Sequence record: OL539447.1
From: Escherichia phage vB_ EcoD_Phleasolo
Direction: 5' to 3' (one strand)
DNA length: 48,301 nt
Shown: piece by piece, positions 27,423 through 37,855 of the stretch
Numbering within the stretch: position 1 is the first letter of the stretch
Layout: every line of letters starts with the position of its first letter
Made by a program: the position numbers and the translations under genes
The notes under the pieces: model-generated
Told to the model about the DNA's origin: nothing
The model's database searches: none
Seen by the model: the letters and a program-made list of their open reading frames with translations, nothing else

Positions 27423-30032
27423 TATTGCTCTAACCTGCCACCTTTTATCATAAAAGTGAGCAAATCCACTATATGTTAATTTAAGGTGGCAAAGGAATGT
27501 GCTTACCGATGCAGTTGGTGTTAAAATCCTCAGGAATGTCTGACCACCAGTCACGTACTTAGTAATAGAAACCCCATCAAGAGAAGTGCTTTTTGAGCCA
27601 GTCGACTTAGCTATCTTGTTATACCAAGGTATTCCTGATGAGACATTGGCCTTAGTGCTTCCAGATAAGCTAAATTGAATAATACCTCCTGATTCCTGAC
27701 CGCCTAATCCATTCTTATTAATTGGTATAAGGCTCAACTCTCCAGCAATAAATGTTGACCCATACCTGGACTCCTCACCAACTGTAGTAAGAAGGATATC
27801 AAGCGCCCTGTTATAAGGCAGCAATAAAGTAGCATCCTCAGTTCTGACCTGATTGAAGTCCATTCCACTAGTAACATGAACAGCAGATAACGTAGTTCCG
27901 TTATATGAGTTCCTTGCTTCAACTGGTGACTCGCCATATGTCACGTTGCCAACTTTAGTGCTCCTCAACGTGCTCTTTGAGAATGAACCAGTGTATTGAC
28001 TGTTAATAATCCTGAAGTCATCACCAAAATGAACAGAGTTACCTTCTGCAGTTGGGTTTGAAATGGTGTTTTCCATAATCATCAAGGCGTAATCAGACTT
28101 GAAATAACCATCGCTAAAACGTATCGATCCAACTGGCATTCTACTTTCATTAGCTGGCAATTTTATCATCCTAAGGACTCCAGTGTTCATGCTTGATTGA
28201 ATCCAGCAAGAAAACCCCTTTACATCAAATCCAAACTGATCGTCATCACCACCATAGTCGGAGAAATCAAATACAGTATCTCCATTAACACCCTCAACCC
28301 CAGCACCTACGATATTAACAGACCTTAACTGGCCACCAATCTTGTGTGGAGTTAAGCAACCATCAGCAGCTATGTTTGTCGCAGTGACATACATAACAGG
28401 AAAACCACCAGCTACAGGCTCCAGGGTTGTTGTGTTAATGCCGTAACCCCAAAGAAAGCCAACATCACAGTGGTGTGCCCATACAGAATCAAGGGCGGTA
28501 CTTGTATTACCTGAAAGTCCAATGCCGTATGTGCAATCGTACATGTATACATTTGAAATTTTAGAAACAAATGTCAGTGTTGATAATGCATACTTGTAAT
28601 GATAAAACTCAACGTTATCTATTGTGTACTGCTTGCCGCCACCACCTTGACCTGAGTCATTTCCGCTAATTAGAGGTGAGCCGTTATAATCAGCATCTGC
28701 GTTCCTGAAGCCAATGTTTTTAACAAACATATTGTGACCCCAAGGCGAAACAATGAAGCCACCATTGCCAGATGTGTAAATCAAACACCTCCTAGGAGTT
28801 GCTGTACCTTCAATCCTAATTGTCTGTCCTGAGAACCTCTCACCAGATACGTTGACCCTTGTTGTGCCAATGTAGATAGGCCTATCAATGAGAATCTTCT
28901 TGTTTAATTTGATTGATGCTGTGTAGCACTTCTGCATAGCAACGCCATCGTTAGACACGCCAGTCAAATCAGCGGCGCCCATGCTTGGTGCTTTTGGATA
29001 TGGCGTACCTTGGATTGTATTTCCATCAATATATGGCGCGTTCATCAGAGCACCAAACATCATTGGTGACAAGCCTTCAATCAATGAAAGATCTCGCTTC
29101 CATCTGTGGTTTCCGGTAGTGACAATAACAACACCATCATCATCTGTGCTGGTTGAATCATTGGCATCGTAATAGAACCAGCCACCGCCAAGCATGCTAG
29201 TCCCTGAGTGACTAGATACATAAACCCGCTCACCGTCACGAAGTGGCACCAAGCCCCTCAAAATAGATAAGTTATCAACATTACGATCAGCAAATGACAA
29301 AGGCACCCATCCAGAAGATGAAACCCCTCCAGTTGACTCAGGGGTTGAGTTAGCCGGGACGGTTTTAGGAAGCGCGCCCGCCCAAATGTAAGGGACAGCA
29401 ATACCAGATGAAATGTCAATTACCTGTTGAGTTGCTGATTGAATAGTTACGCCAGACTGAAATGAGCCAATGAGAGCACCAGAAACTGACTGAGCTGCTG
29501 ACTCAGCACTTTGAGCAGAGGATGCTGCGTTAGATGCACTTAAACCCGCTGCATCCCTCGCCGCCTCAGCTTGAGATAATGAGGACTGAACATCTGCCTT
29601 ATCTGCCGATACTTGCAAGGCATCACTGGCAACCTGCTGAGACTGGTTGTTTACGTTTGTGACATTTTGCTGGAATGCATCAGCATCAAACTGATTAAAA
29701 GCATCAACAGCTGCTGCGACTTCAGTCTCATTTGACTGATAGTAACGCAAGGTTTCAGCAACATCCTGAGCAAGTCCCTGAACAGTAATCCCGTCGTGAG
29801 CAAGAATTGAGTACTGAGTACCAGTCGGAGCGGTAAATCCCTTGTCGTTAAAAACTCGAATTTCGGTATCACTGATTATTTCAGCAATGGTAACAATACT
29901 TGCTGGCGTGGTATTGAAAATCATTGTTGCGCCAACTCGAATTAGAGTTAACGGCTGCCTCCAGGTAGTACCAACACCAGTTACAGTTCCGTCAGCTGCA
30001 AGCGATGCTGTTCCCGCGTCATAAATTGCCAT
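27420..30032 (-). CDS. tail fibre / tailspike protein (possible beta-helix depolymerase domain)
   Basis: 870 aa; Ala/Ser/Gln-rich shaft segment (SQAEAARDAAGLSASNAASSAQSAESAAQS) followed by a large Gly/Asn/Thr-rich domain. Confidence 0.6.
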   Translation of the reverse strand: MAIYDAGTASLAADGTVTGVGTTWRQPLTLIRVGATMIFNTTPASIVTIAEIISDTEIRVFNDKGFTAPTGTQYSILAHDGITVQGLAQDVAETLRYYQSNETEVAAAVDAFNQFDADAFQQNVTNVNNQSQQVASDALQVSADKADVQSSLSQAEAARDAAGLSASNAASSAQSAESAAQSVSGALIGSFQSGVTIQSATQQVIDISSGIAVPYIWAGALPKTVPANSTPESTGGVSSSGWVPLSFADRNVDNLSILRGLVPLRDGERVYVSSHSGTSMLGGGWFYYDANDSTSTDDDGVVIVTTGNHRWKRDLSLIEGLSPMMFGALMNAPYIDGNTIQGTPYPKAPSMGAADLTGVSNDGVAMQKCYTASIKLNKKILIDRPIYIGTTRVNVSGERFSGQTIRIEGTATPRRCLIYTSGNGGFIVSPWGHNMFVKNIGFRNADADYNGSPLISGNDSGQGGGGKQYTIDNVEFYHYKYALSTLTFVSKISNVYMYDCTYGIGLSGNTSTALDSVWAHHCDVGFLWGYGINTTTLEPVAGGFPVMYVTATNIAADGCLTPHKIGGQLRSVNIVGAGVEGVNGDTVFDFSDYGGDDDQFGFDVKGFSCWIQSSMNTGVLRMIKLPANESRMPVGSIRFSDGYFKSDYALMIMENTISNPTAEGNSVHFGDDFRIINSQYTGSFSKSTLRSTKVGNVTYGESPVEARNSYNGTTLSAVHVTSGMDFNQVRTEDATLLLPYNRALDILLTTVGEESRYGSTFIAGELSLIPINKNGLGGQESGGIIQFSLSGSTKANVSSGIPWYNKIAKSTGSKSTSLDGVSITKYVTGGQTFLRILTPTASVSTFLCHLKLTYSGFAHFYDKRWQVRAI

Positions 30033-30110
30033 TTTATTTCTCCTCTTTGATAGATGAAACCTATTGTATCAGATTAGTTGTAATAAAAAACCCTCCGAAG
30101 AGGGTAATTG

Positions 30111-31058
30111 TTATGAATGCTTATCTATCAGATCTTGCGGGTTATATAACTTTCGCTCAAGTCCCATTTTGAAGTTCCCACCGTTTGGAACTACAACTTT
30201 TAGGCCTCTATCATCAGCAACGTAAAGTGATTCATTGTCATCAGGGAGGCAGGCTACCCGTAATTCGCGTTCACCTCCGAGATAACGATACGCCACTATT
30301 TCAAGATTTTCTGGCGTGAAAGTAACCCAAACCTCCTGATTGGTTGCCACCTTAACACGATAACCATCAATCAGATCGCTTGTCATATATATAGCAGCAT
30401 CAGGCTGGCCGCTTCCTAGCTTAACAACAGAGCCACGCGAATAATCACGCGCCAGAAATGTGTACTCACCATTATCATAAGCAAACATGACGTTACACAT
30501 TTCATCATCAATACCGTCAGCGTGAACCATGTGGCATGGCAATGCATGTATTAGCTCTTCAGAGCCATCATGGCGCAATTTAACACCAACGTCATAAGAA
30601 TCTTCAGTTAGGCACTCATACACGCTTAAATCGGTGTTCTCGCGCTTTTCCGTACGCTCCATTACTGCTACACACGATTCATGATCAGCCATCTTACCTA
30701 ATCCTTTTTCAGGTACGCGTGACGCCCTGCGATAAGCCCTTGCCTTGTAATCCTGCGGAACTTTACCAAGGAATCGACCGAGAATGTTAATAACCTCACT
30801 ATAAGGTTCTCCAGTCAACTTCATCATCCAGCCAACACCAGAGTCGTTACCGCATTGGTTACAGATGGCGCCACCGTCACCAGGGGAGTTAATATTGTCA
30901 GTCCAGCGGAAGCGGTCTTTTCCCGAGCAGTGAGGGCATGGGCCGTGCTTTTTGCTAAAGTATGAATCATTAAGCCCGCATATAGATTGCAGCGCCTCCC
31001 TCCAGAGGCCTTTCATGTACGGAAGAACCTCTTCTTTCTGGTAACTTATCTCGCTCAC
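30111..31058 (-). CDS. DNA primase (zinc-ribbon containing)
   Basis: N-terminal zinc-ribbon motif GPCPHCSGKDRFRW...CNQCGN; adjacent to the helicase region. Confidence 0.55.
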   Translation of the reverse strand: MSEISYQKEEVLPYMKGLWREALQSICGLNDSYFSKKHGPCPHCSGKDRFRWTDNINSPGDGGAICNQCGNDSGVGWMMKLTGEPYSEVINILGRFLGKVPQDYKARAYRRASRVPEKGLGKMADHESCVAVMERTEKRENTDLSVYECLTEDSYDVGVKLRHDGSEELIHALPCHMVHADGIDDEMCNVMFAYDNGEYTFLARDYSRGSVVKLGSGQPDAAIYMTSDLIDGYRVKVATNQEVWVTFTPENLEIVAYRYLGGERELRVACLPDDNESLYVADDRGLKVVVPNGGNFKMGLERKLYNPQDLIDKHS

Positions 31059-31110
31059 TGTATTTACTCCAATAAAAAAGGTTGCACCGATTATGGCACA
31101 ACCTTAATTT

Positions 31111-31593
31111 TTACTCTTTAGCTTTTCGTGCTGCTTCATTAGCTGCTTTAATTTTACGCCAAGAGCGACACTCTGGTTTGGTAGCTAACTCAGCATCAGT
31201 AACCACGCGCAGCATGTGACGCTTCTTGCAGCGCAGAGTAAGTGGCTTGCCGTTACCATCAAATTGAAGGTCTGGACGGCAGAATGTAGCGCGGAACCCT
31301 TCGCCAGTTCGCTTGTATCGATTGTGAGCAAGCTGGGCGCCACGTGCCGACATCATGCCGCGATTAAACCACTCCTCAACAGCCTGTCGAGTAACCTTTA
31401 ATTGCTTCGCCATATTAGCCTTGCTGCCGTAGAAGTCTAAAACAATCTCAAGCCTCGCCCTTAAACCCGCTCTTACTTCATCCTTTAACACATAGTAACC
31501 TGACGGTCGTTTGCGAGGTTTTTTGTCTTCTGTTCGTATTGTTCCGTTATTACCGTTAAGGGTACGCTTATCAATTTCACACACTTTTATCAC
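31111..31593 (-). CDS. putative HTH DNA-binding protein
   Basis: 160 aa, basic, with an HTH-like segment MAKQLKVTRQAVEEWFNRG; GTG start at 31593. Confidence 0.35.
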   Translation of the reverse strand: MIKVCEIDKRTLNGNNGTIRTEDKKPRKRPSGYYVLKDEVRAGLRARLEIVLDFYGSKANMAKQLKVTRQAVEEWFNRGMMSARGAQLAHNRYKRTGEGFRATFCRPDLQFDGNGKPLTLRCKKRHMLRVVTDAELATKPECRSWRKIKAANEAARKAKE

Positions 31594-31677
31594 CTCGATA
31601 GCACTTTTTGTTAAACATTGTCTTTGATGGCTGTTATTATAACGTCAATCGAACGAACATGAAAGGCATTTGAGAAC

Positions 31678-33621
31678 ATGACTATGCGATTGAAATCAAT
31701 ACAAAAACAAATTGAAGAACTAGGCAAAGATAAGATTAAAGAGATTCAGGAAAAATTCACATCATCAAATGGCATGGTTCCTTACAGCTATCAGTGCGTG
31801 ATGTATGACGAGATCGCCAAGCGCATTGGTAAATATAAATACCCATTCATCGCTATGGCTTCAGTATCCGCTGGTAAGACTCTGGTTTTCGCCATGGTCG
31901 CAAAGCGTTGCTCTGAACTTGGTTTGCCGATGCTTTTACTTGCGAGACAGGCTGAGCTTGTTAGCCAGAGCGCCTCTGAAATTTCAGACTACGGCGTTCC
32001 TAACTCTGTCTATTGTTCAGGCCTTGGCATTAAGTCCTCTTATTTCCCTGTAATTGTTGGCTCTGAAGGTACAGTTGTTGGTGGCCTTGATAAGGCGCTT
32101 GGTGACTTCTGCCCCGCAGTAGTCGCAATAGATGAATGTCACATGGTAGATGACCAGGATATCGCTGAAGCAATAGACAACAATGAGACATCTCAGCAAG
32201 CGAGAGATAAAGGACGAAGCCAGTACACAATAATTATCCTTACATTGATGGAGAGATGCCGCGCTAAGTATGGTCGTGAATTGAGAATATTTGGCCTGAC
32301 TGGTTCTCCTTTCCGCGGGACCGCGCCAATTGTTGTAGAGAACCTTAAGGAACTTGGATTCTGGCGTGAAGCAGCGACTAACATTGATACCAACTATCTG
32401 GTTGAGTTTGGCTCTGTTGTTCCTACAAATTTCGGGTCTACTGATGGTGTTGGCTATGACCTATCTGAGTTTGATACCTCAGCTGATGATGGTGTTCAGG
32501 ACTTCACTAAATCCCAGCTAGAAGCAATGGAGAAGAAGATTCAGCAGTCGGGCACAATGACAGCTGAGATTATGAAGAAGGTGTGGTTGGCAGCTAAAGA
32601 ACGAAACGGTGTTCTCGTGACGTGCGCTGGTGAGCGCCATTGCAAGGAGGCTGCAAGCTATCTTCCTGAAGGTGAAACTTACTGCATAATTACTGGAAAA
32701 ACTGGTGAGAAGCAGCGTAAGGAACTACTGGATAAGTGCTTCACTGGAGAGATTAAATATTGCTTCCAGGTTCAGGCGCTTACTACTGGGGTTAACGTTC
32801 CAACATGGGATACTAGCGTAATTCTTCGCAAGATTGGCAGCCTAACTCTTCTAGTCCAACTTCTAGGTCGTGGAATGCGCAAACTGAAGAAGCTACATGA
32901 AGACAAGGGAATGGTTAAGAATGACCATTTAGTTTTAGATTTCGCTGGAACTATGGACTCGATGGCTTCACTGTACTTCAATCCCATTCTTGAGCAAGCT
33001 CAGTATCAGCTACGGAAGAGTAACGGCAAGGAGACTAAGCAGTGTCCAGTTTGCGGAACTGAGAACAGCTTCTTTGCTCGCCGCTGTATGCATGTTGACG
33101 AAAGCAATAATCGATGTGAATACTTCTGGGTTAGTCGCACATGCGAAGACCAGAAAGACCCTCGCACTGGTAAAGTTATAGTTAAAGGATGCGGGGTTCA
33201 GAATGACGTTGCAGCTAAGATTTGCAGGGGCTGTGATTGCACATTACTTGACCCGAACCTAAAGTTAAGCGGGAAACATTACAGAAAAAACGATTGGTTT
33301 GACGTTGTTGATTTTAAGGTTGGACTAACAAAGAACCAATCAGGAATCATCTATAACTATGTGCTTGATGATGGCATGGGCGGAACCTTCAAGGCTTATG
33401 AGGTTTTCTTCGTAGAGTCTGACCATAGAGTATGTAAAACTCTCTGGCTGAATAATGGAATTAAAGGTCACGTAGTTGATATGAATGCCAAGCGATATAT
33501 GGCTGCATATCGAAATGCTCGCAAGATTATGGAGTACGCGCAGTACATTCAGGCCCCGAAGCGAGTAACACACCGCAAGACCGCTAAAGGCGGAGATAAC
33601 ATGGCAAATAAGGAGTTCTGA
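31678..33621 (+). CDS. SF2 DNA helicase with C-terminal zinc-finger region
   Basis: Walker A AMASVSAGKTLV, DECH box (AIDECHMVDD), C-terminal Cys clusters. Confidence 0.8.
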   Translation: MTMRLKSIQKQIEELGKDKIKEIQEKFTSSNGMVPYSYQCVMYDEIAKRIGKYKYPFIAMASVSAGKTLVFAMVAKRCSELGLPMLLLARQAELVSQSASEISDYGVPNSVYCSGLGIKSSYFPVIVGSEGTVVGGLDKALGDFCPAVVAIDECHMVDDQDIAEAIDNNETSQQARDKGRSQYTIIILTLMERCRAKYGRELRIFGLTGSPFRGTAPIVVENLKELGFWREAATNIDTNYLVEFGSVVPTNFGSTDGVGYDLSEFDTSADDGVQDFTKSQLEAMEKKIQQSGTMTAEIMKKVWLAAKERNGVLVTCAGERHCKEAASYLPEGETYCIITGKTGEKQRKELLDKCFTGEIKYCFQVQALTTGVNVPTWDTSVILRKIGSLTLLVQLLGRGMRKLKKLHEDKGMVKNDHLVLDFAGTMDSMASLYFNPILEQAQYQLRKSNGKETKQCPVCGTENSFFARRCMHVDESNNRCEYFWVSRTCEDQKDPRTGKVIVKGCGVQNDVAAKICRGCDCTLLDPNLKLSGKHYRKNDWFDVVDFKVGLTKNQSGIIYNYVLDDGMGGTFKAYEVFFVESDHRVCKTLWLNNGIKGHVVDMNAKRYMAAYRNARKIMEYAQYIQAPKRVTHRKTAKGGDNMANKEF

Positions 33622-34010
33622 TGATTAAGGTATTTTACGATAAGACAAGCACGGACAAGGCCAAAGAGTTTGTACACCAGGTTAACTGTATCGCATGGGT
33701 TCGCCATAACCACCCTGAGATATTTGCATGGCACGTGAAGAATGAAGGCTTAAAGTCAATCGGCACTGCAGTGAAGGATAAGCAGGAGGGCGTAATCAAG
33801 GGAGTGTCGGATATATTACTGATCGGGCCAAAAGGATTTGGAGCAATAGAACTTAAGCGAGCAATAAAATCAGATAGCAAAGTTTCGAAGGAGCAAAAGG
33901 AGTTTCTTGAAAAGGTATCAGAAACAGGCGGTTACGCAGCAATCTGCTACGGATTCGAAATGTTTAAACTGGCAATTGAGGATTATCTATCAAATAGCAC
34001 GAATTGCTAA
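33621..34010 (+). CDS. VRR-NUC domain nuclease
   Basis: GVSDILLIGPKGFGAIELKR...KEQKEFLEKV matches the VRR-NUC core pattern; ends ...NSTNC via the palindromic motif. Confidence 0.55.
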   Translation: MIKVFYDKTSTDKAKEFVHQVNCIAWVRHNHPEIFAWHVKNEGLKSIGTAVKDKQEGVIKGVSDILLIGPKGFGAIELKRAIKSDSKVSKEQKEFLEKVSETGGYAAICYGFEMFKLAIEDYLSNSTNC

Positions 34011-34076
34011 AGACGAAAACCAAGGATGGTGTATTATCACTTCATCGAAACGAAACGCACAAATGAGGCAAACAAA

Positions 34077-34400
34077 ATGAAAAAGTTAATTATCGCAACT
34101 ATCCTGATGGCGGCAGCAAGTGTTAATGCAGACGCGAAAGCTAACAACTGTCATGACATCGTTCAGTACGCTTACAACCTTGCAGTTAACGAATGGGGCG
34201 CTAACAAAACTGATGTGGTTAATGCTAAAACTGTCAGTCTCTACCTGGATACATGTGAAATTGCTATCAAATCACGAGGCACTTACACTAAAGATGAACT
34301 TACAGCTAAGTATGATTCAGTAAAAACAAGCACTAAATCAGAGATGGATGTTCAGGATATTGTAATCCTTGTATCTAGAATCTCTTACGATAAGGCATAA
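34077..34400 (+). CDS. secreted/periplasmic hypothetical protein (signal peptide)
   Basis: MKKLIIATILMAAASVNA|DAK signal peptide; start moved to ATG 34077. Confidence 0.45.
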   Translation: MKKLIIATILMAAASVNADAKANNCHDIVQYAYNLAVNEWGANKTDVVNAKTVSLYLDTCEIAIKSRGTYTKDELTAKYDSVKTSTKSEMDVQDIVILVSRISYDKA

Positions 34401-34404
34401 TTTT

Positions 34405-34632
34405 ATGAAACTTTCTTTAGAAACAAAGTGGGAACTGTTCCAGGGATTAGCAGCAAAGAAGCTGGTTGATAACGGATTTAATCAAGATCCTTTTGAAATG
34501 GCTAGCAGTCTAGATATGAGCTTTGAAGAAGATTACTTGCACGCTGATTTAGAGGATTGGGAAGATATGATGCAAGGTAACATTGAAGAGTTTAAAGAGG
34601 ATGTGCCTGAACTTTTTGCGGAGATTCACTAA
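34405..34632 (+). CDS. hypothetical acidic protein
   Basis: 75 aa from ATG 34405; Asp/Glu-rich. Confidence 0.35.
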   Translation: MKLSLETKWELFQGLAAKKLVDNGFNQDPFEMASSLDMSFEEDYLHADLEDWEDMMQGNIEEFKEDVPELFAEIH

Positions 34633-34934
34633 TGAGTGAGGAACTTAAAGTATTCTATAAAGCCTATGCCGCTTGGCTTGACGCTGGCGCTGTTAACAAG
34701 GGTGCATTCTGGCGTGACTGTGGTTTGTGTACGTGTATCGTGTCTTGGACGAACGACGATGAAGGTTATGAGTTACTGAATGAAATGAAATCGCAGTTTA
34801 CCGCCGCTGGTCTGAGCGATCGATTCCCGTTCAACGTTAGCGACGAGGATTACGCCCGGGAGCATCTCAATAGCGCCATGCACCTTAACGAAGACCGCGT
34901 AGCCTGGGTACGCAAACATGTGGAGATCCACTAA
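34632..34934 (+). CDS. hypothetical protein
   Basis: 100-aa ORF, start coupled to the upstream stop. Confidence 0.4.
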   Translation: MSEELKVFYKAYAAWLDAGAVNKGAFWRDCGLCTCIVSWTNDDEGYELLNEMKSQFTAAGLSDRFPFNVSDEDYAREHLNSAMHLNEDRVAWVRKHVEIH

Positions 34935-34940
34935 TGAAGA

Positions 34941-35285
34941 TTGATAGAAAGCAATTCTCAAAAGCTCAAATTAACGCATGGATTGCAACGCAGTTTAATA
35001 ACTCAGAACATTGGATTAAAGCAATCGAACAGCTTAGGTGTGCTTATGATACTAAAAACCGGAAGGGCTGAGGTCTGGAAGCACTGCGGAGAGGCTGGAC
35101 TACAGGATGATATCAAGATAATAAGTAAGTACTTTGACATTGATGATATCTCTGTAGTTTATGATGGAAAATTCAGCTATATGAACCAGCGCCCTCGAAA
35201 GTATGTAAGAGTTCCGGCAACCCCAAGCCTTGCGATGTATCGCGAGGAAGGTAAGAAGATATTTAAGAAAGGTGCTAAGAAATGA
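34941..35285 (+). CDS. hypothetical protein (start uncertain)
   Basis: Track ORF opens with TTG; likely starts at the ATG at 35046 after AGGTG; an alternative 45-aa ORF (34934-35071) overlaps in another frame. Confidence 0.3.
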   Translation: MIESNSQKLKLTHGLQRSLITQNIGLKQSNSLGVLMILKTGRAEVWKHCGEAGLQDDIKIISKYFDIDDISVVYDGKFSYMNQRPRKYVRVPATPSLAMYREEGKKIFKKGAKK

Positions 35286-35539
35286 ATTTACCTGGACTTG
35301 ATTTTGATGAGAGTAAGTATCCAGTTGTCTTTTTTGGTGAGAAGCCTTACCGGAAGATCCCTTTTGCTGATTGGATTCCACCAGACTATCTTGATGTGCT
35401 GGTTCAGATTGAAGTTGGTAAGGCTGAACTCATGTATTACTCACCAGGCTGCAACATGATGATGCCTAGTGAATACTCTCCGGCAATAGCCGCGCTTGAA
35501 ACTGAGTTTCTTGATTACTGGCTAAAAGAAGTTAAATAG
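35282..35539 (+). CDS. hypothetical protein
   Basis: 85-aa ORF; its TAG stop is the first triplet of a palindromic motif copy. Confidence 0.4.
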   Translation: MNLPGLDFDESKYPVVFFGEKPYRKIPFADWIPPDYLDVLVQIEVGKAELMYYSPGCNMMMPSEYSPAIAALETEFLDYWLKEVK

Positions 35540-35690
35540 CACTTTTTGTTAAAACGCACCGCCAAGGATGGCGTATAGTGTGTTCATCGAAACGAGAGAA
35601 GCTTTAGATGAAAACATTACTACCGTTGATGGCTATGCCATTAACCTTTATAATCATGTACTTCATAATCTGCTAACAGGAAATTAAATA

Positions 35691-36824
35691 ATGGCTATTG
35701 CTAAAATTACGAACGAACAACTTAAAGAAGAACTAGCTAACGGTATGACTAACAAATCAATCGCAGAGAAGTACGGTATGAATATTCGTAACGTAGAACT
35801 GCGTCGCAGCAAGCTGGCTAAGGCTGGGGATGGTCACGGTCGCGATGTTAGTAACCTAATTCCTCAAGGCTACATGGTTAAGGGTGTATCTAGCCTCGTT
35901 GATAATGATGGAAATGTAAAGTTGCAGTGGGTTAAGTCCTCCATTGATGCAGAAAAGCTTGAAGAGATTATGAATCAAGCGCGAGAGGCATTTTCTAGTG
36001 AGTTACCAAAAGAAAAAGCAGTGAAGTCTGAAGGTCTGGATTTTGATGAAGATACTTTAGCCATGTATCCAGTGTTTGACCTTCATATTGGCGCGATGGC
36101 TCATAAGCATGAGTGTGGAGAAAACTACGACACAGCAACAGCTGAGAAAGTAATGAATGACTACTTTGATTACGCTGTTCAGAAAGCTCCAAATTCAAAG
36201 AATGCGGTACTAGTTCTTGGAGGAGATTTACTTCACTATGATTCTCTAGAGGCTAAAACTCCAGCTAGTGGTCACATCCTTGATAGTGACAGTCGCTACG
36301 CTAAAATTGTTTATGTTTGCATACGTTCGGTTCGTCGTGCAATTAGAAACATGCTTAGCAAACATGAAAATGTAGAGGTTAAAGTTATATCCGGGAATCA
36401 TGATGAAAGTGGTATGGTTTGGTTGCGAGCTGCACTTGCGGCATTTTATGAGGAAGAACCACGCGTAAGTATTGATGTTAGCCCCGCGGCAATGATGGTA
36501 ACTAAGTTTGGTTCTACAATGCTCGGGTTCACTCACGGCCATCAAATGCGGAAAGCTGATACTCGCCTTACGGTTATGGCTACTGACTGGCGACGTGACT
36601 TTGGCTTAAGTGATTATGTATACACCCACTCAGGCCACTGGCATTCACAGAAGATTACAGAAACAAATCTTGGTATTGATGAGGTTCATGGTCAGCTTGG
36701 TTCACCAGATGCATATAGTGCGAATGGTGGATGGCGCTCACAAAGGCAGGCTGCGGTAATCATATATCATAAAGAGTTTGGTGAAGTTGGTCGCTTTATC
36801 TGTCGCCCTGAAATGTTTAAATAA
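35691..36824 (+). CDS. HTH domain fused to a calcineurin-like metallophosphoesterase
   Basis: N-terminal HTH-like TNKSIAEKYGMNIRNVELRRSKL; phosphoesterase motifs in canonical order DLHIGAMAH, VLGGDLLHYD, SGNHDE, then GHQ and HSGHWH. Confidence 0.5.
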   Translation: MAIAKITNEQLKEELANGMTNKSIAEKYGMNIRNVELRRSKLAKAGDGHGRDVSNLIPQGYMVKGVSSLVDNDGNVKLQWVKSSIDAEKLEEIMNQAREAFSSELPKEKAVKSEGLDFDEDTLAMYPVFDLHIGAMAHKHECGENYDTATAEKVMNDYFDYAVQKAPNSKNAVLVLGGDLLHYDSLEAKTPASGHILDSDSRYAKIVYVCIRSVRRAIRNMLSKHENVEVKVISGNHDESGMVWLRAALAAFYEEEPRVSIDVSPAAMMVTKFGSTMLGFTHGHQMRKADTRLTVMATDWRRDFGLSDYVYTHSGHWHSQKITETNLGIDEVHGQLGSPDAYSANGGWRSQRQAAVIIYHKEFGEVGRFICRPEMFK

Positions 36825-36890
36825 TAGCACTTTTTGCTAAAGCCCTCCGGGGCTTTTGAAAGGTGTCAATTACAGACTGAGGAATCAAAA

Positions 36891-37088
36891 ATGATTACAG
36901 AGATGATTTTAGTTGCAAGCCTGTCGTCTCCATTGGCATCTCATCAGTATTGTGAGCTTGGCAAAGAGATTTATCACGATGGAGTGGAAGTAAACACAGT
37001 TGTTGAGTGGCTAAATCACAGTACGATGAACATTGATGATAAGAAGGTTGTCCTTGAGTGCTATCTGGTGGAGGCAAATAAAGTTTAA
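36891..37088 (+). CDS. hypothetical protein
   Basis: 65 aa from ATG 36891 after GAGGAATCAAAA. Confidence 0.35.
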   Translation: MITEMILVASLSSPLASHQYCELGKEIYHDGVEVNTVVEWLNHSTMNIDDKKVVLECYLVEANKV

Positions 37089-37164
37089 ATAGCACGAATT
37101 GCTAAAACACAAATTAAAAGATTGGGTATAGTTACTCCATCGAAACAAACGAGAGGATACAAAT

Positions 37165-37350
37165 ATGGCTAAGTTCACACAATCAGATGCACAAATCGAA
37201 GTTAAAGATGTTGGTTTTGGTAAGGCATTCAAGATTGCGCAGGCGTACGGGTCTAGCGAAGAAGATGTGAAAGTTGACACTATTAACCTTACTGCTAAGA
37301 ATGCACGTGAGATCGCTTATGCAATCCTTGCAGCACTTGGAGAAAAATGA
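37165..37350 (+). CDS. hypothetical protein
   Basis: 61-aa ORF with RBS GAGAGGA. Confidence 0.4.
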   Translation: MAKFTQSDAQIEVKDVGFGKAFKIAQAYGSSEEDVKVDTINLTAKNAREIAYAILAALGEK

Positions 37351-37351
37351 A

Positions 37352-37525
37352 ATGACTAAATTATTTTGCGTAATCAACAAATCAAAAACTCTGCCGTTCA
37401 CTGTAAACAATCCGTATAGCGCTGAGTATCAGGGTGAAGGAAACTACAAGATTTATGGCGATGACATGACATGGATTTTTGCGCCAATCGATGGAGCTTT
37501 GTTGGAATTCATTATCGCAGACTAA
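37352..37525 (+). CDS. hypothetical protein
   Basis: 57 aa from ATG 37352, coupled to the upstream stop. Confidence 0.35.
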   Translation: MTKLFCVINKSKTLPFTVNNPYSAEYQGEGNYKIYGDDMTWIFAPIDGALLEFIIAD

Positions 37526-37551
37526 GTTATTAAAAACATTAACTTGCAAAT

Positions 37552-37577
37552 AGGCGGCCTTTAAGGCTGCCTTTTTT
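37552..37577 (+). terminator. rho-independent terminator
   Basis: AGGCGGCC-TTTAA-GGCTGCCT hairpin plus T6 run. Confidence 0.65.
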
Positions 37578-37639
37578 CGTTTATGTCAAAGGCTAATGTC
37601 TGGTATTATTTAACCAAATCAACTAAACAAGGCCGCAAC

Positions 37640-37855
37640 ATGAAACATTTCTATGACGCAGCCGCCTTGTCCGGTAGCGGAGTAGCTATGGGCGGCGGTT
37701 TATCTGACAACACAATCATCGGCATTATCGGATTAGTTATCGCCGTATGCTTTGGTATTTTTGGCGCATGGCTGCGCTGGCGTGACAGTAAAGCGCTCCA
37801 TAAGGCACTTGAAGATGGAGACATCCGAGAGGCAATGAGAATCAGGAGCAAATGA
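37640..37855 (+). CDS. holin (single-TMD type)
   Basis: 71 aa from ATG 37640; one strong hydrophobic helix and a charged C-terminus; overlaps the lysozyme start (ATGATG). Confidence 0.5.
   Translation: MKHFYDAAALSGSGVAMGGGLSDNTIIGIIGLVIAVCFGIFGAWLRWRDSKALHKALEDGDIREAMRIRSK

Noticed and set aside
27420-30032. Short plus-strand ORFs inside the tail fibre gene and minus-strand ORF 27266-27469 over the ssb 3' end
   Set aside because: Embedded in or antisense to long, well-supported genes; 27266-27469 also spans the bidirectional terminator.
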